From Glycera tridactyla (Eukaryota): 64,000 bases of DNA. Under the pieces are notes generated by a model that saw only the letters and a program-made list of their open reading frames with translations, was not told where the DNA came from and did not search any database. The translations under genes were made by a program, and so were the position numbers. The stretch lies in contig OZ286470.1 in NCBI GenBank assembly GCA_965644265.1, positions 18,290,001-18,354,000 of the forward strand. The letters run 5' to 3'. Below are positions 41,310 to 53,614 of the stretch, in pieces; within the stretch, counting starts at the first letter, position 1; every line of letters begins with the position of its first letter.

Positions 41310-41317
41310 AGATACAA
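41310..41317 (-). CDS. MADD: candidate 8-nt microexon (TTGTATCT)
   Basis: ttttctgtatttgtgtgttcag|TTGTATCT|gtaagt; phase 1->0, complemented by the 19-nt exon at 39715-39733. Confidence 0.5.
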
Positions 41318-41349
41318 CTGAACACACAAATACAGAAAATCTTCTTTTT

Positions 41350-41590
41350 TCTCAAATAACTCTAAAATGACTGGATCAATCTGCACGGAAATTGTGTCTT
41401 GCACATCTATATTTCATGGTGATGACATATGCCAAGTATCAATCCAATAGCTTGAGAAATGTGGGAGTAGTTCACAGGACAAACTTTTGCGGACAGACCA
41501 ACCGACCAACCGACCGACCAACCAACCGACCGACCAACAGAGTGACTCCAGTATACCCCCTTCCAAACTTCGTTTGGGCGGGGGTATAAC
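41350..41590 (+). mobile_element. 3' fragment of a second HINE-type family
   Basis: (ACCA/ACCG)n tetranucleotide tract followed by hairpin tatacccccttccaaac-ttc-gtttgggcgggggtata (41552-41588). Confidence 0.7.
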
Positions 41591-42313
41591 AAGCCTGATT
41601 TTCCCATCTATTGATGCATATAAATTGGTTAAAATTGAATGCTATGCATCAATGGAGGATATTAAGAGATGCCTTGCACTACATGACGTTGAAGGAAACT
41701 GGATACAAGTAGTGAAGGTCACTTGGTTCCATGGAGATATGCGAATCAATTGAAGCTCGTAGCACTTGAACTTCTGGGTGGTCACAGAATAGGATTCTTT
41801 CCCTTCCTACTTTCATCCAGGGAATATAGAGCGATGAATTTTGATCCTTGAGGCCACCAGTGGATGGGGATACTTATGATGCAGTGATCATTTAATTCAA
41901 TCAGACATCAGAATGGATGAGTCAAACAGTGATGCAAGTTTCCACGAAATTTCCTGAATTCAGAAAATTTGTCACAAAGCTCAAAATCCAAAAGTTTCTG
42001 GAATCGGGCTGAAAGTTTCAAATCTGGTGCTTTTGGAAGTGCAGGGGGGTAGTTTCAGGAAATTTGGTCAGGTTTCAGGAAATTCTGTTTTAATGCACTT
42101 GCATCGCTGGTAAAATCTCATAACAGTCGTAACAAATGAGTGAAGTTCGGGGCACCAAGTGCATGACAGTTAGTGTCCTATTGGATGATGCAATGACTGA
42201 TACATTGATGATTACAAACCAGAAATTCAATTCATGACATGATATTCTTACTCCATTTTTAGAAGGGTCAGAGGTGATGAAAGGGGGTTCAAAGTATATG
42301 AGGTAACATTTTG

Positions 42314-42314
<1 letters not shown>

Positions 42315-42369
<55 letters not shown>
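42315..42369. repeat. (CA)n microsatellite
   Basis: Perfect CA run. Confidence 0.95.
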
Positions 42370-42371
<2 letters not shown>

Positions 42372-43247
42372 GGTTGACATGAGAGAAAGAAGAACTGAAA
42401 GGATCAGCCAGACAGAGATCTGATTTAGGGGGTTTTGGAGAATGAGTGAAAGTAAAAATAACGGTGCATTGGGTCAAGTAGAAAGGTATACCATATCTTG
42501 AAGAAATGATTACACTGGGCATTTCTTATGACTGATAATTCATGAAAATCAGATTGGGTAGCAGTCTGCCAAGGACTATCAGAACAATATACTCTGGATA
42601 TGAATTTGCCATCTCTTCGAAAGAAGCATCAGTCTATGATATAGCTGACGTACAGTATATCCTCTCTAAGAAGACCACCATCACTCACATCAAGAAGTGG
42701 TCTTTATAGAGAGGAGACTCTGTGTGGTCTTTGTAGGCAACTTTACCTGGCTACTATAGCTGCACAGCCAATGCAACTGATATGGGGATGGAATGACAAA
42801 AGACCTGAGTCTGTCAAATCAAAATATGGCAGGTATGTTTTGATCTCTAAATTTGTTAATTTTTAATATTGGTGTGATTGAATTTTCAATGGTCATTGCT
42901 TTTATGCAATCAAAAATGATTTGCCTTGATCTTACTGAACAGTAAAAGTCCATACATTACCATCAAAGCACCATGTGGATATAGCCACGGCCCTCACTAT
43001 AAAGACTGCCTGAATTTGACATATTTGACATGCTTTGGTTGAATATGAGAGTAACTTCATTTTGATCATTTTATAGTCGCCCAAAAATGTCAGCGAAACC
43101 TGTCAGTGCATTCCATCATACCTTCACATGTGGGGATTCATCAGAAATGCTGAAATGTCCCTAAACTGAAGAATGTGTAATCATCAAATCAAATGTAGTA
43201 TAGACCCACTCAGGTGAATATACATAATACATGGGTGCACACACTAA

Positions 43248-43443
43248 CATACACACACACACACACACACATACACACATGCGCACACACACACATGCAC
43301 ACACACACACAAATATATGTATGCCTAAACACAGAAACTCACGCACACAAACACACACATGCACAAGTACATGCTAACTCACATGCATACTGAAGCACAT
43401 GCAAACACACCCAACCAACCCACTAGACATACACAAACACACA

Positions 43444-43489
<46 letters not shown>

Positions 43490-43512
43490 AACACACACAC
43501 AAACAAACAAAC
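43248..43512. repeat. compound (CA)n-rich microsatellite
   Basis: Interrupted CA/CAAA/CAT tracts. Confidence 0.9.
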
Positions 43513-44086
43513 ATCGAAAGATAGAAGGAAAAATCAGTGATACAAGAACTCAAGAGAGATCACTCATGAGGGGGCAATGTATGAAGGTGTACTGTGAATG
43601 ATGAATACTTGAGGTCAATGTCATCAGAATTAGGAATCCTCATTCTTGGATTTGTATCCCATCCTAAATCCCAGAATGAGTAGATACACTTGATAATGGG
43701 ATATTTGTGTACTCAACATCCCCTGTCCCACCTATTCCATTGTCTCCAATACTTCCTTTTTCTCCATTTTTATTATTCCCCTTTGAAAAAAAGGATTAGG
43801 GGGCAACTATCTACAAAAAAGTTAGTCACGGGAAAGAATGGTTAATTCATCAAAATGATATGTTATGAGATATAGAAAATGGTCAACAACACGAGAAAAA
43901 AAAATATCACAATAGTTAAATCGGCACCTGAGAGACCATCACTAGAGAGGGGTCTTTTGGGAAAGTCTCTCATCTCTATGCCCTGAGAAAGTAGTTAGCA
44001 GTCAAAGGGGGAGGGGGTCGCCATCGGAGTCTATCGGCACAGTTTTCACTGTACATTCGCTTCCTGCTTGCTTGAAGAATGATCTA

Positions 44087-45131
44087 CCATATATACTCGC
44101 ATATAAGCCTTCTCCGACTATAAGCCGGGGGTACGATCTAGCCTCTAAAAGTCAGGATTTAGTCATATATTCGAATATAAGCCTCCCCCCTGATTTTGCT
44201 GAGTGAACACGGTGACGAGTGCCGTGATACATCAAAGACAGGCATGCAGTGAAGCCAATTCGCGGCTTACCCCGGCTATTGTTTGTTCGTTCGCTCCTCC
44301 ACACTTCAATGATTCACGGGTACAATCCATTCTGAAGCAATTTCCGCCACGGAAAACATGTGTAAAAGCCCAATGAGCATGTATTTCGCAATGAAAACAG
44401 AAGGCTGGCTTCACAAATAGCGATTTGGGCGCCATTGTTTGATCATGTGACGAGACTGGCATCCCCGGATGTAAACCAAAACACGGAACTAGAATATCTA
44501 ATTATCATATGGCCTTGACCTCATCACCTGGTCAAGATGGCGGAACTTTCTTGAATTGTTCTTTCTGTTCAATGTTTTCATCACATTTATGGCGAATTTG
44601 TCGGATTTCTAACAAACAATCATCATTCGTGACAATAGATTCGATATTTGTGCAGCTCGGACTATTGACATCTGGCAGGTACTTTTGGCGTTTCGAGAGC
44701 GATCGGAAGTAGTGATGAAAAAGAATGTTTCAGCATGTCTTTGACAACCCGCAAGTGTTTCGCAATGGCTTCTGTACTCGAGATAGATTCCGTATTATAG
44801 ACATATTGATTCCTCAAGAACTGCATTACGAATCTACTAAAATCTCATGGCATGATAAATAAAACAATACTGCTGACGAATGTATAGCATTGTAGAACTT
44901 TTATTTGGCCGGGAACCTTGTTAAATTCGATGACATTTGTGCATGTTTTTGTTGGTATCTTTCGACATCCAAGATGGCGGCAGCCGCTAGCGAAGTCCTT
45001 ACCTGCTCACGGGTCTTAGCTCACATTGACATTTGGCTCTGACGAAATTCATACTCGCATATAAGCCCCCTCCCTTCTTTTGCCCCAATTTTAGGGTGTC
45101 AAAAAATGGGCTCATACGCGAGTATATATGG
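44087..45131. mobile_element. 1045-bp TA-flanked pogo/Tigger-like non-autonomous transposon
   Basis: TA|CCATATATACTCGCATATAAGCC...GGCTCATACGCGAGTATATATGG|TA; the tcgcatataagcc motif recurs subterminally (~44170, ~45055); no transposase ORF. Confidence 0.88.
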
Positions 45132-45623
45132 TACCAGCAAATTTTCACCCACATTTTGCAATGTCCTGTACTTTGGAATTGTTCAAAATGGTGACCCCAG
45201 AATTGCGCCATAGCGATTCTATTCCCTTTTATGGGGCTAAAAAAGGAACATTTTCTGCCGGTGAATATCAGTTTAGCATTTTTCATAAATTCGATATTCT
45301 TGGTATTAACCGCCTTCCTTACCAAAAATCTTGGAGCATGTCCTTCATATTTCGATTCGAGTCATGGTGTTCATCTCCATTTTCAAAATGGAATTGCCTT
45401 TGATAAAATGTCCAGAAATAGGTCAACTTGATTATTAGAAGAGAAAAAGTGCTCCAGAATTTCAAAACCTACTGTTGAACACCTATTAGTTGGTCGATAG
45501 GATTAGCTACAGTCCCACACATGTAAATGTTTTCTGCAGTATTCAAGAGTTTCAATGGTAACAAAGGTCATAATTCTTTGAAACGCTGCCACCTGGCGGA
45601 GAGACAGACAGGCACACGTGCGT

Positions 45624-45678
<55 letters not shown>
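45624..45678. repeat. (CA)n microsatellite ((UG)n in the MADD pre-mRNA)
   Basis: Perfect CA run. Confidence 0.95.
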
Positions 45679-45681
<3 letters not shown>

Positions 45682-46160
45682 GCGCGCATGCACGCACACA
45701 TGCACACCAATTCCAAGGAAGATGGTCGATGTTGCTGACGAGACTGTCAAGTAAATGGAGACTTTGGTCCAGTCAAAAAAATCTGCATTCTCTTATGGTG
45801 ACATTTTGACCTTGGGAAATGGCATGGCACAATTTTCTGTTGTATTATCATCAAAATTTGTTCAAAATTGAAAGCTTTGTTGACCCAGTCCAGTCTACTT
45901 TCATTTCAGAAGAAAACATATTCTAATAGCCATTTATTCTTGTTAGTTGCAATGATCACCCAGCAGTTATGATTTTTCCCCAAGTGTCACCTTGTAATTG
46001 CACAGGCTTGATCTGTCCTGCTAAGCCTATGTTACCCTGTTTAAAATATAAAAGATATATACATAACAACAGCCTCAACACACAATCTGGCTTATTTATG
46101 AAAAAAAAAGGTGCAACAGAAGGATTTCAACCACGAACAATGCCTAAAAGACATACTCAC

Positions 46161-46193
46161 CACGGAAGCTCTGTGTAATGGACTTTTTTGATG
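46161..46193 (-). CDS. MADD: candidate 33-nt cassette exon (A)SKKSITQSFR
   Basis: tatattttacag|CA...CGT G|gtgagt; symmetric phase 1->1, open frame. Confidence 0.6.
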
Positions 46194-48513
46194 CTGTAAA
46201 ATATACTTCAGGAATTCATTTTCAAGAAACAATTTCTCCAATTCCACGCACAATGAGTGATCCAATGAATTCATACTTTTTGAGAATCTTGGGTAACTTG
46301 ACCAAAAAATCTCATCTTTATCCAAATTCTTTTTTCGGAACCAAAATATTTACGAGTATACTGAGCACCACAAAGTCTCCATGGCATCCCACAAAACATA
46401 ACATGAAGGTCATGGGTACACAAACATGCTGTGTGAGATTGAAAATAAACCTGAGTAATAATCTAGATACTGATAATCACTACCTCCTGTCAACTGATGA
46501 TTCTAGTCTTACTCAAAGCAAATGAAGATTGGTTCAAATCCACCACAGATTATATCATATCAGGTGGTCTATGTGTTTAGTGTTATCACAGTTTACAGAT
46601 GGAATTCAGAATCTGATAATAGATATGCATTGTAATGAAATAGAGCTCACTACAATACTTTCTCAACATATCCATTGACTACAATAATTAAGATCACAAT
46701 GAAGTTTGCTCATATATTTGTCAAATATGTCAGTTTAATACAACTTTTATAGTGAATGCTGTGGCCATATTGCTTTGTTTCATATGTATAATCAGCTGAT
46801 AATGAATTTATGAATCAAAGCTATTTTCCAGTTGCCTACCGTCTGGAAGAAAACTCATTTTTTACTATATGTATAAAGAGTTGTGATTACATCTACTATG
46901 GATATTTCTGATCAATGATTAGTCAAATAATCTCTTTTTTGTGCAATTGCTGAATGTTATTATTTCTCGGTGACTCGCTCGTTATCAATGAATCAGAGTT
47001 AAGGACCACCTAGAATTTTACACCTAACCAATACTGCCTCTGGGCTGTCCCCAAATGAAACATCTATGAATGATTGCTAAAGGATTTTATCAACAGAAAA
47101 TCACTACAAGACATTATCACATGGATGTGCCATTTTCAGTGAAGTATCAGGTGTTGAGTATTGCATGTGATACTTCACAGCTGAATGAGGAGTACTTTTT
47201 GATGATTTCTCCCCTAACCCATGTGATAAAAGCAAGACTATATGACCGTGAGACAAAAACACAATACCAAACTCGGCCTTAGACCTCGTGACATCCAGTG
47301 AAATTCACACCTTGTTTAGTATTGCGCTTTTACATCACGGCCATATCGTCTTGCTATATTAATTTCGACATTGTACTAAATGCAAATAGCTTATATTCAA
47401 GGTGTGACCATGTTTTTACACAAACAATGACAAATTAGTTAGTAGAGTGCATTTTAGATTGATAACATGCTTGATATTTCTCTGGTGAGGAATGGTGAGG
47501 TGGTCATAATTTCATCTATCTGTTTATCAACTCCTTCATATACGTCAATATATTTCAAAACGCAATGCACATAGTAATTGCAAAGTTGGTAAATTATTCA
47601 CACATCCGGACATCAATTCCACAATTGTTTGGTCCTCTGAATTGACCAAGAATAATCACTTCGTTTCCTTCTGAAATGCCTAAAACCAATATCCCTATAT
47701 ATTCATCATAAAGTTCATCAACAATACAATTCTTTTATCAGTTACAGCTCAATTTCAACAAGTAAGAGGACATTTAAGGCACTTGCTGTTGTTAGCTGTT
47801 GTTAGAATTCGATATCTGTTTCAGGAAAAAGCTTCTGCTTGAAGATGTATCTCAGTATTGACCCAAGAATCGGTGCTATTAGCTAGAAGTCATGTTGCTG
47901 AAGCAGTAGTGTATTCATGCTGCAACACAGTGCAAGCTATGCTAGAAACTAATGGGAAGACATAACAGATCATCATTTCTAGGCTTGAATGTGGTTCCTC
48001 CAATATTCATATCTTGGTACGGCTGCTAGCTATATACATTGTGAGTTGCATGGATATGTGATAACAATGTTTGCTTGTGCAATTTCCAAGCTGGAATTTA
48101 TGAATCATTGGTGATTTGAATGCAACTACCAATGCTTATTATGTGACTTAATGCTTAAGTGTATATACCGACAGTCACATGGATATGCTATAATGGTGGA
48201 CTGATAACTGGAGATTAAAATGACTGGTGCTTTTGATGCAACTCCAGTATTCAAACTGTCTGCCTTTACAATTCAATGCTGAAGTGATGCCAACATGTTC
48301 TATTTAAAAGTCACTGATTATGTCTTTGAAATGACCTGGTCGACTTCTGACTGTCCGCCATGAAGAGAAACCAAACCCAAGACCAAGCAGCAAGCCATAA
48401 TTACCCATGCATCTATTCAATTGATTCAAAACTCAGACAAGCAAGAGGTGAATCCACAGAACAGCCACAAAGATATAAAACCATCATGAAAATATGTATT
48501 CAAGTGTACTCAC

Positions 48514-48667
48514 CGATCAGTCCCTCAAAGAGGTATGTTCGATTCGTCTCGGGACTCGGCAGATTCAAGTTGAGCATGCGGCCTTCATGGTAGCGATACC
48601 CTGTGCTCAGATGACTCTTCACACTCAGCATGCTTGGTGAGCGCTTCTTCCGAGCAAAATTCATCAT
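48514..48667 (-). CDS. MADD: MADD exon MMNFARKKRSPSMLSVKSHLSTGYRYHEG...TNRTYLFEGLI(G)
   Basis: Donor ATC G|gtgagt is strong; acceptor ttggagcag|ATG follows a pyrimidine tract (tandem GAG/CAG, so the start could shift by 3 nt); 154 nt, phase 0->1; RxYLFEGL motif is conserved in MADD. Confidence 0.9.
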
Positions 48668-49011
48668 CTGCTCCAAGTTTAAGGTCAAGGACAGCAGCAG
48701 CAATGGGAGAGAAAAAAAATATTTATGAGTACAATGATATCAACACAAAATCAAATCATCTAACACTTGGAAAAAAATGCTTATTACCCTCATGGCATTA
48801 TATCATTTGTATTTGTGTAAATGAGTTGACTATGTTGAGTTGGATTTCACTTTTACTTCCATTTTCATCATTATCATCTTCATTATTATTTTAATCATCA
48901 TAATAATTATCATCATTATCATTAAAACTATTATGATTATAAATGTCATTCATGTTGTTATTCACTTATATTCATTTATTCAAATATTTTATGATTCTCA
49001 TATTTACAGTA

Positions 49012-49189
49012 CAGTAAAACCTGTCTTGGGAGACCACCCCAAACGCCAACAATAAGTGGTCTCTCAAAACAGGTGGTCTCTCATTGGAGGTAGATTCGAC
49101 TATGTCAAATAGAGGAGAGCCAATAAAGAGCAGTCTCCCATTAGAGGGTGGTCTCCCAAAAGAGGGGTCTCCCAAGACAGGTTTCACTG
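49012..49189. mobile_element. TA-flanked MITE, family A
   Basis: TA|CAGTAAAACCTGTCTTGGGAGACC...GGTCTCCCAAGACAGGTTTCACTG|TA. Confidence 0.9.
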
Positions 49190-49239
49190 TATTACCAACA
49201 TTATCATGAATGTTATCATGGTTATCATTTATAATAGTA

Positions 49240-49400
49240 TTATCATTATCATTAGGTCATCTATTCATTCTCTGGGTGATCAGATATAACTAATACTTTC
49301 GGTACAATTACTATCATTATCATTATTACTATTATTATTATCATTATTATTATTACTATTGTTATTATCATTATTATTACTATTATTATCATCCCTCTCA
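49240..49400. repeat. (ATT/ATC)n trinucleotide tract
   Basis: Degenerate att/atc repeats; similar tracts at ~33840-33930, 38338-38390, 39300-39400 and 48860-48950. Confidence 0.85.
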
Positions 49401-52400
49401 TCATTCTTGCTAATTGACATAAAACACAATGACAGCCTTTGTGGCTATTGCCATGATCATCATGATGACTCATGATTAATAATTCCTTCATTCCTTCACT
49501 GATCATAATGTATTTCTTCAACCTCCATGGTCATTGCAATAAGATATGTATCAAGACGTCTGACTGAAGGCAGACCACCCAGGAGCAGAGAATTGTGAGA
49601 CCACTTCTCAATTAGGCAGGCCTCCTCACACCAGCATCAGGATTGACTGATTGATTGATAGAGTTTAACAGTACATATCAACAATAAGTTTCTGAAAATC
49701 TAAAAATAAGTTTCACTTATTGTAAGATCATGGAAGCTCGTCATGCAACTGGACAGTGCCTCACATCATGTAGAAATATATTGAAGTAAAATGACATAAC
49801 CTCTCAAAATATTCATGTACTGAAGCCAAACTGCAACAGTATTCCATGGCTCCAAACTTAAGTGGGGTCAAATGGAATGCCTGTAGCTGCCACTGAAGGC
49901 ATATCAAATTCTGTTTATTACATGGAAAGCACGAAAAAATTCTTTAATCAATTAATGGAAAATGCTGATTTTTGGATGGTTTTGGACCCAATGTCTGCCA
50001 CCTTGGAAAGAATGGCAAACTGATTCTGAACTTCTTGCTAGAGGTCAGCAAGCTGAGTGACATCATGGAAGTAATACGGGCGATCCCCTTCCTGATTACC
50101 ACAATCAATCATGCCACAATGAAATGACTAGCCATATATCTTAGGGCATAATATCACGAGTCTGGTATGACAAGCACATAATTCTATTTGTATTTCCAAA
50201 AGTAACTCCCATATTTCATATGACTTATAGCTAACATCATTCTATTCACTGAGCCCTTCATCAAAATTGCAAAATATTTATATGAGGTTCGAGCTGAGAC
50301 TGAAAACTTTATTTTCATTCACTTCTCTAAACAGCAGTGGGTGAGAATATCGGAAGATGTATTTTGGTTGCAAGAATCAATTACAAATTCATGGGACCAA
50401 AATAATCATCTGCCAACAATATCTCGACCCTGGAATTGATATCAAGAAAGTGGGAAGTGAACTCTGTCAGTTGATTCATCACCTATTCAAATCCAGCCAG
50501 CTGACATGGCAATATACAGAAACAAGAACCAGATATCTTTCAACATACACCGATGCATCCACATAATTCTTAGTAATATGGTCCCTTCAATACAGATAAA
50601 TGAGTCTACATAGTTCTTAGTATTATGGCTGAGTTGATTGACTTTAGATTCTATAAAATGAACAATTTAAGTAACACATTTTTCATACAAATGCCATTTG
50701 AACTCGATTTGGGACACCCCAACCCCTTCATTAATGTGCAGTGTAGTTTTGCCATGCATGAAGCAACAGAGGAGTAAGAGATGAAAAGGAAATTGTGCAA
50801 CCACACCAATCCTTTAAAGCTAACAACAATACTGATCAATCACTGACCCACCATTTTGCTGCTCAATCATTCCACCCAATCGAGAACTACCATGTTTATT
50901 TCCAGTTCAAAGAGAATTCAGGTCATATTTTGGCATTTAGTAAGCAATAGCCACTACGGTCCAAGTCGCTTTCGTCAAATGTGCAAAAAGGGTATGAATA
51001 ACCAATGCTTTACTCATAGACGAGAATATCATTGAGATGAGTTTTTGCTGCACAGTGATAGTATCCAAAGTGAAGTATTCAAAATTTCAGTTCCAAACAC
51101 CGCACATGACAATGATAATGACGAACTTGTTCCACTTATTGGTTAGCACAATATTTGAACATTGGTTCCCATGGGTATTAAAGCCAGGAATGGACATACA
51201 CAAGCACATGCAATAGAAACAATAGGCCTGTAAGATCTCACAAGACACAGAGCATCCTTGTGCAAAGGCTGAAACCAGGACCCGCCTTGCTATCAATCTT
51301 CGTGGGATTTAGGGATAGGTAACCAGAAACAGATGCCTTCTCAGTGCTAGCAGCTCCTGGAGATTCATCATCCATGGCGTGATCAATGCTGATGATCCGG
51401 GAACACCCAAAATGGCTGCATGATATCATGACCTTCAGGTAAATGAGAAAAAAAGATTGACAGCTTCCCTAATTTCAGTTGGCATTCTTAGGCGGACTTC
51501 AGCTAGAACATAACTTGAAACTTGAAGCCAGATGATACTTTGCATAAAAAACATGGTAATAGTAATTTTTTTTTTCAATTCAGCAACCAATCCATAATCA
51601 CAATGGAATGAATTTTGAAAAAGAAAGAACCCTTTCCCATTTATTGAACAAAACTTACTTAAACAGAACAATGAATGAACACCATCAACCAGCTACTGAG
51701 AAGAGATTTTTCTTGAAGGGGGAGGGGGGGGGGGAGTAGAGACAGAAGGGACAGCATTGTCTGTGTCTTGAGAGATGGCTGATACTCAACAAACAAATTA
51801 CCTTACCAGACAAACGCCTTCTCCCGTCAGCACACGATTGTCATGAAGAGAAACTACCGAGTGTAAAACTACCAGATCAATCATACCCAGTCAGCACTTC
51901 TTGATTTCAAATTCTACTAATTTATTTTCACCGAATAATGAAAATCAAAGTGATTGCTGGGGAAATGACTCTTCAGTTAATTAATCACTCTAAAGTCTGT
52001 GATGAGCAACTGCCTCTGATGAGCAAGCGTTCTATCCAGAATCCCCCTCTATAAATACTTTGCAGATATCTGCAAACAGCAAGGACATGACTTGAAAGAT
52101 ACTTTTACAGAATCCAAGATGCTTGCTTACTCAGAAATTGTCCCCTTTTATTGGAAGATTTGTCTCTGGCATGACACTTTTAATTAAGCCTCAGCAAAAT
52201 AAAGCAGGTGTATCCATCGGGTTATCCATCTGGTATGGAAGACAGTACTGAAATAGCTGAGCCAAGAGCTCACTGCATGACCACCCAAAGACCTAAGTTG
52301 ACTTCCTTACGTCCTGATCACATTTGATAATTTCTCTGACAAGATCAAAAGATTTTCTGACTGGTTTGCTGGTAGTACTACACTCGGTTGTTGGTATAAG

Positions 52401-52643
52401 ATTCAATAAATGAGCAGATCACAAACATAACACATGTGCAATGATATCCTTATCACCTGAAGATAATTTTCAACAGGCATATGATGCTATTATTTACAAG
52501 GTAACCTCAAATAGAATAGAGGCATAGGTAAATGCATCCAATCAGTGGCCTGTTCAAGCTCTAGCATTTCTCAGCTATTCTGGTAGTGCAATGAAACAGG
52601 AATAGACTCAAGGCTACCAAGGCAAAAGCTGGAAAGTACTCAC

Positions 52644-52667
52644 TAGTGTTCGCTCTCGACTGCGCCC
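52644..52667 (-). CDS. MADD: candidate 24-nt microexon GRSRERTL
   Basis: catttgatgcag|GGGCGCAGTCGAGAGCGAACACTA|gtgagt; phase 0->0 in a phase-0 intron; 3 CpGs in an AT-rich intron. Confidence 0.65.
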
Positions 52668-53440
52668 CTGCATCAAATGTCCCCACTCAGACATAAGTCT
52701 GAATGAACACTGCAACCTGCACTGTCATCTATTTATGCAAATAACATTTGAGGACACAATAAAAAAAATTAAAATTGATACTTTTTTCCTCAGACAAATG
52801 GCAGAAAACCACACTTTTTCTATCAGACTGAATGAAATCAGGCTCCATCATTGTTGTGTTGTGGGACTGAGATGCATTCAATAACCCAATAATAATGTGA
52901 ATCCCGCAATTCTACATCCCGGAAGCATCTCTGGTGAAATTTTATTTTTCACAACTCTTAGTCCTGATTGAGAAGCTCTCAATAATGATGGAAAAATTTG
53001 AAGGTGACAGAGTTTCAATGCACAGTGTTCAGTTTATGTACAATAATACACAAACATGCAAGCTTACCATATGAGATACAGGGGTGTAAGGTTTGGGAAC
53101 CAGATGATGACTTAATTAGACTTAGCATCAGAATTCAGAATGGGGAAGGCAATGACAATTTTCCAAGATCCTTCATTTAAGACTACTTTTTGAATAAAAA
53201 TTAAATCCTTTCTCTCAACACAATGTAAAATACCTCCAAAAATTATGGAATGTATTTTTTGAAATGGGAACAAAGCAAACGAAATTTGAGAAAATCTGAA
53301 AGGTAACAAAACATGCCAAAGAGAGAATATTCCATCAAAATGTAAGGAGATATAATGAATGATGGACGCAGGCTTAAGTCCGATTGCGAGCTGGATAGAC
53401 TGAATAGATGCAAGCATTGACTGGATAGGCTGGGATGGCA

Positions 53441-53614
53441 CAGTCGAACCTGTCCACAAAAACAACTGTCCGTCACATATGATAGTGGCCTTTGTAGAGA
53501 GGTGGCATATGTAGAGAGGTCGTTTACCATGGAAAATACTCTCAGGAAAGCTCAGAGTAGCCTTGTAGGCAGGTACCTTTTGAATACAGGCGGTCTCTTG
53601 AGCGGGTTCAACTG
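53441..53614. mobile_element. degenerate MITE (CAGTCGAACC...GGTTCAACTG)
   Basis: Terminal inverted repeats of the CAGT(C/G)AAACC class; right TA flank. Confidence 0.65.

Noticed and set aside
43383-43389. 7-nt microexon-like pattern cttcag|TATGCAT|gtgagt
   Set aside because: Lies in a microsatellite; frameshifts, and combined with the 8-nt candidate it creates a stop. It shows that such patterns also arise by chance, hence the moderate confidences above.
47480-47750. Minus-strand EVIILGQF, resembling the LINE endonuclease VIILGDFN motif
   Set aside because: Catalytic residues are altered, the frames are broken and no other motifs are recognisable; at most a very old LINE relic. A translated HMM search would be needed.
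51800-51870. Tandem strong donors CTG|gtaag|gtaatt on the minus strand
   Set aside because: No acceptor gives a frame-compatible exon in this phase-0 intron.
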